From the NCBI GenBank assembly GCA_037446635.1, contig JBBIIG010000076.1, positions 1 to 18,455 on the forward strand: DNA of 18,455 nucleotides, given 5' to 3'. Source of the stretch: a bacterium (GTDB lineage Bacteria > Zhuqueibacterota > Zhuqueibacteria > Oceanimicrobiales > Oceanimicrobiaceae). Of the stretch, positions 7,030 through 14,538 are shown piece by piece. The notes beneath the pieces were generated by a model. It did no database searches. It had not been told where the DNA came from and saw only the letters and a program-made list of their open reading frames with translations. The translations under genes and the position numbers were made by a program. How positions within the stretch are numbered: position 1 is the stretch's first letter; each line of letters starts with the position of its first letter.

Positions 7030-7797
7030 TCAAAAACTGATTTGCAGGTTGGCGGCGACTGAAGAAGGATTGAGATTGGGGAGCAGCGCCACTCTTTTGG
7101 GTTGGGGGTTTTCCTTCCCAAAACTTCTGCCGATGATCACCCCTAAAATCGCGCCGCTCACCACGTCGGTGGGATAGTGTTTGCCCATTCGGATGCGGGA
7201 GAACCCCACGAAGCTCGCCAACAAATAGCTTGGAATTCCAACCTTAGAACCGTAGCGCGCGTCCAGTACCGAGGCCGCCGCGAACATCCCGGAGGTGTGC
7301 CCCGAAGGAAACGAGCGGTTGTTGCCGCCATCCGGTCGCGGGCGCTGCACCAAATGCTTGCCAGCCAGGGTGATGAATTGAGTGGTCACGGTCGCTTCCA
7401 GTAACAGCAGTCCGGTATTGGCCAGGTGGTCATTTTGAGTGAGTCGACCCAGGGCGTACGCCGCCGCCGAAGCGCTCAGGATGGTTGCGGTGTTGCCGAA
7501 TTTATCCGGAAACGTGGCGAACAGAAAATTATCTTCTCCCACCAGCGCGTTGGAGATTTCTTTGTCCAGAGGATGAAACAGCAGCCCCAACCCGGCGCCG
7601 AAACCGAGATAGACCAAATTCTCACCGGTGGTGATAACTCGCTTCAAGCTGCCGGCGTAGCGATCCACGGACGAATTGGGTTCAACTGGCGTCAGCGAGA
7701 TGGAATCGCTGGGAATGGTTTCTAAAGATTGTGCTGAGAGAAACGCGGCCGGCCCTGAAAGCAAAACGGCGAGGGAGAAGGTTGCGAAGATTTTCAT
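7030..7797 (-). CDS. PAP2-family phosphatase with signal peptide
   Basis: Motifs KHLVQRPRP, FPSGH, SRIRMGKHYPTDV. Start placed at MKIFATFSLAVLL (7797), which gives a signal peptide; the ORF is open to 7875. Confidence 0.88.
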   Translation of the reverse strand: MKIFATFSLAVLLSGPAAFLSAQSLETIPSDSISLTPVEPNSSVDRYAGSLKRVITTGENLVYLGFGAGLGLLFHPLDKEISNALVGEDNFLFATFPDKFGNTATILSASAAAYALGRLTQNDHLANTGLLLLEATVTTQFITLAGKHLVQRPRPDGGNNRSFPSGHTSGMFAAASVLDARYGSKVGIPSYLLASFVGFSRIRMGKHYPTDVVSGAILGVIIGRSFGKENPQPKRVALLPNLNPSSVAANLQISF

Positions 7798-7867
7798 GAA
7801 GTGCATTTTCAATATTTGATTTATCCGTGAAGCCATAATTTGTAGTTGAGTGTCGAGTCCTGAGGTA

Positions 7868-7957
7868 TCACTCAAGAGGGAGTCTTTTTATAGGGTATCC
7901 GGCTGTTTGCCAATCGGAAACCGATGCGCTTCGTGGAAAAGATTCCTCCTGAATGAC
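7868..7957. repeat. Degenerate GTCATT-type inverted repeat upstream of PAP2
   Basis: tcactcaagagggagtctttt (7868-7888) is an imperfect reverse complement of aaaagattcctcctgaatga (7937-7956). On the minus strand it begins TGTCATTC, like the element at 321. Confidence 0.6.
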
Positions 7958-8150
7958 AGCGATTCGTGAATTATTGACGCTAAATATAGAAAAAAAATTT
8001 TCAAATGCTATTCAAAAAATCGGCGTGTTTCTGCAAAACTTTTCCTCCGGATTTTTGAATTATCTGCTATATCCTAAGCTTTGTCCCGGTCGGAGCCGGG
8101 GCCGTTTTAGCGCTGAATCGACCGGTTACATACACGTTATCGAATTAGAT

Positions 8151-11033
8151 TTATTTGATCAACAACATCTTTTTGGTTTCTGAAAAAATCAACTGGCGGC
8201 TGTCTAAACTATGCGCCGTCAGCCGGTAAAAATAAACGCCGCTGGGTACGGCGAATTCCTCCCGGTTGAATACCGCCTTGTATTCTCCTGCCGTTTGTTT
8301 CTCTTCCACCAGCGCGGCCACGTGCCGGCCGAGCACATCAAAAATTTTTAGTGTCACCTGAGCTGACGTGGAGAGGCGGTAAGTGATCGTGGTGATGGGA
8401 TTGAATGGATTCGGATAATTTTGTTGAAGTTGAAATTTTCTCGGGGCGGCGGGTTTCGTTTGAACGGCGGTGATCAAAAATTTTTCCACGATGATTTGAT
8501 TAGCGCTGTCGGCGGCGGCGCGGGTCTGGACATAAAGCCGCTTGCTGGCGGAGTCATAAAAAAATCCGTCGCCGCCGGCGCGCAGCTGCGCCAACGACGA
8601 TCGCGCAGAGAGGGTCACGCCATTTTTTGAAACTCGCGCCGGCGCTTCGTTCACGCGGTGAATCTCGGAGAGATAAACTCGCCGCGACAATTGGCCGGAG
8701 TAGGCGCCGGTCGTCGCGCCAATAGTGATGAACAACGCCGGCCGATTTTCAAAGATGGAAAGGTGCTGGGAAAACGTGGTGAGGGCAAAACTGCCGTTTT
8801 GGTACTCCAGCGTCTCGCCGTCATCTTCGTAAAGAGTGAATTGTCCCTCCACCTCGGGGCTGGGGTAAATGGCCAATCGCAGCGTGTCGAGCTGGCGCTC
8901 ACCGGTATAATTCATCACCGATTGCATCGGAATGACGCTGCCGGATTTCACAAACAGCGGCATAATTTCCAGCGGCGCGTCAACGGTGATGGTTTGCCCG
9001 CCCTCGTGTTCGACGCCGCTCCAAAAGTCCACCCATTTTCCCCGCGGCAGATAAACGGTTTTGCTGCTCTGCCCGGCGGCGGTCACCGGCGAGACCAGCA
9101 GCGCGTCGCCAAAAAGGTAGGAAGAAAAATCATTGCGCAACTGCGGATCGTCCGGGTCGGCGAAAAAGAGCGGGCGCGCCAGCGGCAGGCCGCTGCGGTA
9201 ATTCTCGTACGCTAGCGTGTAAATGTAGGGGAGAAGCTGGTAGCGCAGCTCGATGAATGTTTTGCTGATGGCCTCGGCTTGCGCGCCGAATTCCCACGGC
9301 TCGGTGGGTTGGCCGGCGCCGTGGGCGCGGGTAATCGGACAAAACGCTCCGAATTGCATCCAGCGGGCGTACAGCTCCGGCGTGGTGAAGCCGCAGCAGA
9401 AGCCGCCGATGTCTGAATTGTGATAGCCGATGCCCGAGATTCCCGTGTTGAGCAGCATCGCCGGCTGCGCCGCGAGCCCCCCGAAGGTGCGGCTGACGTC
9501 GCCCGACCAGGTGGCGACCCCAAAGCGCTGGATGCCGGCGTAACCGGAACGCGTCAAATTGAATACGCGCTGGTTGGGACGAAATTCGTTCAAGCCCTCG
9601 AAAATGGTTTTCGCCCACAAAAAATTATAGAGATTGTGAATCTGCGTCGCGGTTCCGAGGTGGTGGCGCATGTCGTCGGGGTGGCGCTCGGGTTCGCCGA
9701 GGTCGGTCCACAGGCCGGCCATTTCGTTTCCCATAAATGGCGGATGTATGTCCCACCACCATTTCGCTGCAGATGGATTCGTTAGATCGAGCAGCCCAGC
9801 GTTGCAGTTGCACGACCACCAGTTGTCCAGCAAGTAGGGTTCGCCGCTATCGCGGTGGGCGAGATATCCCAGCGTCAATGCTTCAGAGAAATTGGCAGAA
9901 AATTCGGCGAGGTAGGGTTCGGTGATGACGATGGTTTGGATGCCCTGGTCGAGAAAATCGCGCATCATTTGAAAAGGATTGGGCCAGTCGGAACTCTTCC
10001 AACTGAGGTCGCCCATGTGGTTGAACCAGTAGAGGTCGAGCACGATGGCGTCGCAGGGGATGCGTTTCTGTCGCAGGGTTGCCACCGCGGCGCGCGCTTC
10101 CGCTTCATTTTGATAACCAAATTTCGATTGGATGAATCCGAACGCCCATTTGGGCGGCAGCGGCTGGCGGCCCGTTAGCCAGGTATACTTTTCAAGCTGC
10201 TTGGGGACGGTGGGCGCGGCGATGAGAAAATAGGAAAGCTGGCCGTCCACCACCGTGTACACAAACCGGCTTGCGGTGGTGGCGCCGAAATCGAAGCGGC
10301 CTTTGCCGAGGTGATCGAAATAGATGGCGTAGCCTTTGGTGGTGGCGACAAACGGCACGTTGAGGTTCATCACTGCGGGCGCGGTTAGATAACCGTAATT
10401 TTGCGTGTTGTAGCTTTCGAAAATATGACCGCGCAAATCGAGGCTGATGCCGCGCGCGCCGGTGCCGTAGTAGTGATCGCGTTCTGTAATTTCGAAGGTT
10501 GCTAACTGCTGCGTGCTGAGGGTTGCCAGGCCACCGGAAAGCGGCTCGGCCAGCAGGTGGTTGCCGCTGGCATCGACATAGGAAATTCGCAGGGGCGATT
10601 TTCGGCAGACGATCGTGAGCGCGGAAGACGCAATGAGCAGGGTGGAGTCGGTTTCAGCGAGTGAGAAATTTACGGTTGCCGTAGTATCCTGAATGATCAC
10701 AAACGTGGAATCGATCGTCGTGCCGGGTTCGGGGAGGAAATCCACGCGCAGGATTTCCGGCTGATAAAAGATGAAACGTACAGCAGATGACGCCGGCGGC
10801 TCGGTTTCGACGATGATGGCTTTTCCGCTGAGGTAGTGGCGGAAATAATCGCCCAGGTAAGTTTGAGCAGAGGCGAGGGATGGTAGGAAAATGAGTATGA
10901 GTAATAAAAGGGCATGATTCGTAGTCTCGCCTTTAGGCGAGCGGCGGAAGCGGCTATCACAAGCCTGGGGCGTGGTTTCGTCTTTAGGCGAACGGCTAAA
11001 ACCGTTACTACGAGCAGAGCTTAAATATCCCAT
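8151..11033 (-). CDS. Secreted glycoside hydrolase family 31 (alpha-glucosidase/transglucosylase-like) with DUF5110-like and T9SS-type C-terminal domains; start uncertain
   Basis: TGRQPLPPKWAFG, IPCDAIVLDLYW, nucleophile motif WTDLGEP, RSGYAGIQRFG, acid/base WSGDV, SDIGGF, ELYARWMQFGAF, YLPRGKWVDFW, LYEDDGET, terminal QNYPNPFNP…SGVYFYR…KKMLLIK. Signal h-region ALLLLILIFLPSLASA. Confidence 0.92.
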   Translation of the reverse strand: MGYLSSARSNGFSRSPKDETTPQACDSRFRRSPKGETTNHALLLLILIFLPSLASAQTYLGDYFRHYLSGKAIIVETEPPASSAVRFIFYQPEILRVDFLPEPGTTIDSTFVIIQDTTATVNFSLAETDSTLLIASSALTIVCRKSPLRISYVDASGNHLLAEPLSGGLATLSTQQLATFEITERDHYYGTGARGISLDLRGHIFESYNTQNYGYLTAPAVMNLNVPFVATTKGYAIYFDHLGKGRFDFGATTASRFVYTVVDGQLSYFLIAAPTVPKQLEKYTWLTGRQPLPPKWAFGFIQSKFGYQNEAEARAAVATLRQKRIPCDAIVLDLYWFNHMGDLSWKSSDWPNPFQMMRDFLDQGIQTIVITEPYLAEFSANFSEALTLGYLAHRDSGEPYLLDNWWSCNCNAGLLDLTNPSAAKWWWDIHPPFMGNEMAGLWTDLGEPERHPDDMRHHLGTATQIHNLYNFLWAKTIFEGLNEFRPNQRVFNLTRSGYAGIQRFGVATWSGDVSRTFGGLAAQPAMLLNTGISGIGYHNSDIGGFCCGFTTPELYARWMQFGAFCPITRAHGAGQPTEPWEFGAQAEAISKTFIELRYQLLPYIYTLAYENYRSGLPLARPLFFADPDDPQLRNDFSSYLFGDALLVSPVTAAGQSSKTVYLPRGKWVDFWSGVEHEGGQTITVDAPLEIMPLFVKSGSVIPMQSVMNYTGERQLDTLRLAIYPSPEVEGQFTLYEDDGETLEYQNGSFALTTFSQHLSIFENRPALFITIGATTGAYSGQLSRRVYLSEIHRVNEAPARVSKNGVTLSARSSLAQLRAGGDGFFYDSASKRLYVQTRAAADSANQIIVEKFLITAVQTKPAAPRKFQLQQNYPNPFNPITTITYRLSTSAQVTLKIFDVLGRHVAALVEEKQTAGEYKAVFNREEFAVPSGVYFYRLTAHSLDSRQLIFSETKKMLLIK
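10920..11012. repeat. Cluster of three REP palindromes downstream of RAYT
   Basis: (+)10920-10941 CGTAGT-ctcgcc-TTTA-ggcgag; (+)10971-10992 CGTGGT-ttcgtc-TTTA-ggcgaa; (-)11012-10991 CGTAGT-aacggt-TTTA-gccgtt. Confidence 0.85.
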
Positions 11034-11617
11034 TTGTCACCATAGTTTTTGATGGGATACCGTTTCCAGATATCCACCAGCCAGTCACGACCGCTATGTT
11101 CAAAATACCAATGAAAGCTCGACCACGGCCATTCATCCGCTCGCTTTGTGTAACCGTGCTTAACAGGGTTGTAGTGGATGTAATTGAGTGTGGCAAAATA
11201 ATGTCGTTCATCGCGAATCATGCGGTCGGTGTATTTATACCAGACTTTGCGGCCAACCTGGTTATCCTCCAAATTCCACTGCCGAGCAGTCGCTCCGTGC
11301 AACTGGTTGAATAAGCTCGGGAGTCGCGGAAAGTCCGGTACAAAAACCAGCACGTGATAATGGTTTTGCAAGAAAATCCAGGCAGCAACTTCGACCTTAA
11401 ATTCGGTAAATTTCTGTAAAGCCAGTTTTTGAAATTCAGTAAGCCGCTCTGCGGTCGTCATAATCGGTTGATGTTCATAGTTTGCTGCGGTGAGAAGATA
11501 GTACGTTTTATGTTTAAAAGGGTGGGGAGGAGCGTGCGGTGGATAGCCTTTTGCTACTCGTTGTTGGACCGCGGCTTCGCGTTCTTCGGGTGTCATGCGA
11601 CGATATTCGTAGGGCAT
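11021..11617 (-). mobile_element. rayT: REP-associated tyrosine transposase (RAYT/TnpA-REP, HUH Y1 family), 198 aa
   Basis: YLLTAAN, HUH motif NHYHVL, VWYKYTDRMIRDE, catalytic NYIHYNPVKHG, WPWSS. RBS AAGGAG (11628-11623) precedes the ATG at 11617. GTAG-headed palindromes on both sides; no tnpB. Confidence 0.9.
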
Positions 11618-11629
11618 ATTTACTCCTTG

Positions 11630-11651
11630 AATGCCTAAAGGCATTACTACG
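11630..11651 (-). repeat. REP palindrome upstream of RAYT
   Basis: CGTAGT-aatgcc-TTTA-ggcatt between the ddl stop and the RAYT RBS. Confidence 0.85.
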
Positions 11652-11656
11652 AACGT

Positions 11657-12763
11657 CTATAATTCCACGGACGTCTTCAACTGTTTTTCTCTCTCAAACC
11701 GCTCGAGGGCTAACTGAATTAGCCGATCGATGAGGTCGGGGTATGAAATCCCACTCACTTCCCACAGTTTGGGGTACATGCTGATTTTGGTGAAGCCGGG
11801 AATGGTGTTGAGTTCGTTTACAAATAACTCGCCGGTTTCTTTGAGGAAGAAATCCACCCGCGCCATACCTTCGCAGCAGAGCACTTGAAACGCCTTCACC
11901 GCCAACTCCTGCACGCGCTTCACGATTGCTTGCGGCAATTTGGCGGGAATTTCCAGCCGCGCGCCTTGCTCGTCGATGTACTTGGCTTCGTAAGAATAGA
12001 ACTCGTGCTGAGGGATGATCTCCCCCGGCAGCGATGCGATGGGATTGTCGTTCCCCAAAACCGAGCACTCAATCTCGCGGCCAATGATGGCTTCCTCAAC
12101 GAGAATTTTGGTGTCATATTGGAAGGCATCCGCGGTGGCCGCTGCGAATTGCTTTTGGTCGCTTACTTTGTGAATTCCCACGGAAGAGCCGAGGTTGGCG
12201 GGTTTCACGAACACGGGGAGACCCAACTGCGCTTTCACTTTTTCGAAATCGATGGCTGCGGCCGCGTGTTTGTGAAAGGTCAGAAATTTGGGAATGGGCA
12301 GTGCCGCGTCGCGCAGCAGCCGCTTCATCACATCTTTGTCCATTCCGACCGCGGAGCCCAAAACGCCGGCGCCGACGAATGGCACGTTCGCCAATTTTAG
12401 CAAACCCTGCACAGTGCCGTCCTCGCCGTAGGTGCCGTGAAGAATCGGGAAGACCACGTCCACCGGCCCGCGGGATTCGCTGTTATTTATGCTCACCAAT
12501 TCCCGATTGTCACTGCTGCCCGGGAGTAGCGCCACACTTTCGTTGGATTTATTGAGCGCGATCAATTTGGGATTATCCGCATTGAGCAGAAAGCGCGAGG
12601 AATCATTTAAATACCAGCGCCCGGATTTGTCAATGCCGATGAGCACGAGGTCATATTTATTTTTGTCAATGGCTTCGACGACGTTTTTGGCGGATTGCAG
12701 CGAGACTTCGTGCTCGGCAGATTTGCCGCCAAAGAGAATTCCAACGCGGATTTTTTTATTCAT
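11657..12763 (-). CDS. ddl: D-alanine--D-alanine ligase (DdlA type)
   Basis: FGGKSAEHEVSLQSA, FPILHGTYGEDGTVQG, VKPANLGSSVG, FYSYEAKY, ARVDFF, NELNTIPGFT. Start set to MNKKIRV (12763) rather than the TTG at 12784. Confidence 0.96.
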   Translation of the reverse strand: MNKKIRVGILFGGKSAEHEVSLQSAKNVVEAIDKNKYDLVLIGIDKSGRWYLNDSSRFLLNADNPKLIALNKSNESVALLPGSSDNRELVSINNSESRGPVDVVFPILHGTYGEDGTVQGLLKLANVPFVGAGVLGSAVGMDKDVMKRLLRDAALPIPKFLTFHKHAAAAIDFEKVKAQLGLPVFVKPANLGSSVGIHKVSDQKQFAAATADAFQYDTKILVEEAIIGREIECSVLGNDNPIASLPGEIIPQHEFYSYEAKYIDEQGARLEIPAKLPQAIVKRVQELAVKAFQVLCCEGMARVDFFLKETGELFVNELNTIPGFTKISMYPKLWEVSGISYPDLIDRLIQLALERFEREKQLKTSVEL

Positions 12764-12787
12764 ATTGACCTTTGAAAATTCCAATAC

Positions 12788-13213
12788 TCAAAAAAAATTA
12801 CAAATAAATTTCAAGTCTCAATTGCCAAAACTCTAGCTACTTCGATTTTTTAATGGTTGAAGAAAAATATCTTCTTCAATTCTGTCGCCTCATCCCCCTG
12901 GGTTTGAATTCCTCAGGATTTGTCTCAGTGATTAATCTCAGCCAGTATGCTGATTCCTCATTCGCATTAAGAAATCTTTCTACGCAAAGCTTCATTGGTT
13001 TCGATGAGTTCCCGCCCACGGATCCTGATGTTTTTGCCACTTGTTTTGCATATTCCAAGTTCGTAAGATTGTGCGGCAGCTTTTTCACATATAACGCCAC
13101 ATTCTTAGCAAACTGAAATGTTCTTTCCTCCAAATCATACTTGGGAGGATTTACAGTAGTGGTCACAAATTTGAAATTTGGTCTTTGGAATTTATTTGTC
13201 ATTTGATTTTTGA
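12788..13213. repeat. Imperfect ~42-45-bp inverted repeats of AT-rich short units flanking the four-helix-bundle gene
   Basis: Left arm ~12788-12829, right arm ~13170-13213. Core acaaataaatttcaa (12800-12814) vs ttggaatttatttgt (13185-13199): 14/15 complementary. Confidence 0.7.
12837..13202 (-). pseudogene. Four-helix-bundle protein (23S rRNA IVP / bAvd-like family), multiply frameshifted
   Basis: YDLEERTFQFAKNV…KLP…KQVAKTSGSVGGN, then family-typical pieces in shifting frames: IETNEAL, DFLMR, ESAYWLRLI, EATELKKIF, SSTIKKSK* (TAG 12839-12837). At least four indels including an internal deletion. Start uncertain. Confidence 0.82.
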
Positions 13214-13230
13214 ATTTTGATGCTTACCCG

Positions 13231-14421
13231 TCATCCTCGAAAAATCACATCTTCCCGCAAAAACAATTTTGACGACACCAACAAGCTCAGCCCGGCTAAA
13301 ATGATCAGCGAAACATAAACTTCGATCAGCAAACCGGTTTCGATGGTGCCGGCAATGATCTCTTTGGTCGCCAGTGAGACATTCAGAATTGGAATCATTG
13401 CCGTGGTCGTGTTGAGCGTGATCCCCGGAATCAACCCAATCGCCACCGGCAAAATGACGATGATATTCACCGGCGTGATGATGCTCTGCGCTTCTTTGAA
13501 GGTTTTAGCGAAAATCGACAGCGTGAGCAGAAGGCCCGCAAAAAAGATCGTCAGCGGCAGCAGGAGGGAGAGTAGCATCAAAATCGATTTGACTTCGAGG
13601 ATGCCTAAAATGACGTCTAAAATTTCCGGGGGAATTTCGCCGGCCTGGCGGATGCCCACGTAAAGTCCGGCGATCGAAATCAGCGCCGAGCCGATGCCGG
13701 TGAGCACAACGACGCCGAATTTTCCCAGCAGAATTTCGAGGCCGCTTACCGGCGCCGTGAGCAGCGTTTCAATGGTGCCGCGCTCTTTTTCGCCGGCAGC
13801 AAGATCGATGGCAGGATACATCGAGCCGAGAAAGCAGAAGATCACAAAAATGTAAGGCAGGAAGCCGCCGATGGTTTTTCCCAATTTTTCTTTCACGCTA
13901 GCGATGTCGATCTCCGTCAACTGCACGGCATCGATGGCGGATTCATCGAGGCGCAATTGGCGGAAGCGCTCGCTCAAAAGTTGCTCTTCAAATTTTTCGA
14001 CGATCTCCTGCAGCCGCCGCTTGGTGATATTTTCGTCGTCGGTGGATTTGAAATAGAATTTGATTTCGCCGGCGCGCAGATTTTGAAGTTGTTGCGCGAA
14101 ATCTTCCATGAACACAAACGCCGCGTCGAGGCGGTCCGTCTGAATGAAGCTGCGGGCGCTGTCTTCCGGCACGTTTGCGATGAGATGGATATCTGCGCGG
14201 GCCGCGAGCCTCTCTTTGAAGCGCGCATCGGCGTTTCCGATCAGTGCCACCCGCAGGGTTTTGGCCTGCGCTTTCTGCGACTGGGAAATCGAAATTTTGG
14301 TGGTGACGCCAATTATCAAAGGAAAAATCAGCAGAGGCACCACCACCATCGCGATGATGGTGCGGCGATCGCGCAGGGTGTCGATCAATTCTTTTTTGAA
14401 AATAGTGAACAGTCCGCTCAC
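13231..14421 (-). CDS. natB: ABC-2 type exporter permease, NatB-like
   Basis: IFKKELIDTLRDRRT, AIDLAAGEKERGTIETLLTAP, ILLGKF, AKTFKEAQS. GTG start at 14421 with GGAGG RBS. Confidence 0.85.
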   Translation of the reverse strand: MSGLFTIFKKELIDTLRDRRTIIAMVVVPLLIFPLIIGVTTKISISQSQKAQAKTLRVALIGNADARFKERLAARADIHLIANVPEDSARSFIQTDRLDAAFVFMEDFAQQLQNLRAGEIKFYFKSTDDENITKRRLQEIVEKFEEQLLSERFRQLRLDESAIDAVQLTEIDIASVKEKLGKTIGGFLPYIFVIFCFLGSMYPAIDLAAGEKERGTIETLLTAPVSGLEILLGKFGVVVLTGIGSALISIAGLYVGIRQAGEIPPEILDVILGILEVKSILMLLSLLLPLTIFFAGLLLTLSIFAKTFKEAQSIITPVNIIVILPVAIGLIPGITLNTTTAMIPILNVSLATKEIIAGTIETGLLIEVYVSLIILAGLSLLVSSKLFLREDVIFRG

Positions 14422-14538
14422 GGTATGCACCTCCACAAATCGGATAAAATTTCATTTCGTTCCCACGCTGAGCGTGGGAACGAGAAACAGGTGTGCGTTT
14501 GTCCGCTCATGTCACGCTTCCTCCACAAATCGGATAAA
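14412..14538. repeat. Direct duplication of the natA-end/natB-start junction flanking a REP palindrome
   Basis: cctccacaaatcggataaa at 14430-14448 and 14520-14538; gtccgctca at 14412-14420 and 14501-14509; palindrome tcgttcccacgct-g-agcgtgggaacga at 14457-14483. Confidence 0.9.
14418..14510 (-). other. 30-codon mini-ORF bridging natA and natB
   Basis: MSGQTHTCFSFPRSAWERNEILSDLWRCIP*. Its ATG is 1 nt after the natA TGA; its TGA overlaps the natB GTG (GTGA). Translation is inferred. Confidence 0.5.

Noticed and set aside
8085..8125. GC-rich hairpins downstream of GH31 as a terminator
   Set aside because: Short competing stems without a convincing U-tract; cannot be called.
10920..11012. CRISPR array
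   Set aside because: Repeats are in mixed orientation with variable stems, lack regular spacers and have no cas genes nearby; they are REPs.
11021..11644. IS200/IS605 element, and the longer 207-aa start at 11644
   Set aside because: No tnpB; NPVKHG/WPWSS motifs and multiple GTAG REPs fit RAYT. The 11644 start lies within a REP, while 11617 has a clear RBS.
11657..12763. VanA/VanB-type resistance ligase
   Set aside because: FYSYEAKY omega loop and DdlA-like N-terminus; no vanH, vanX or vanRS neighbours.
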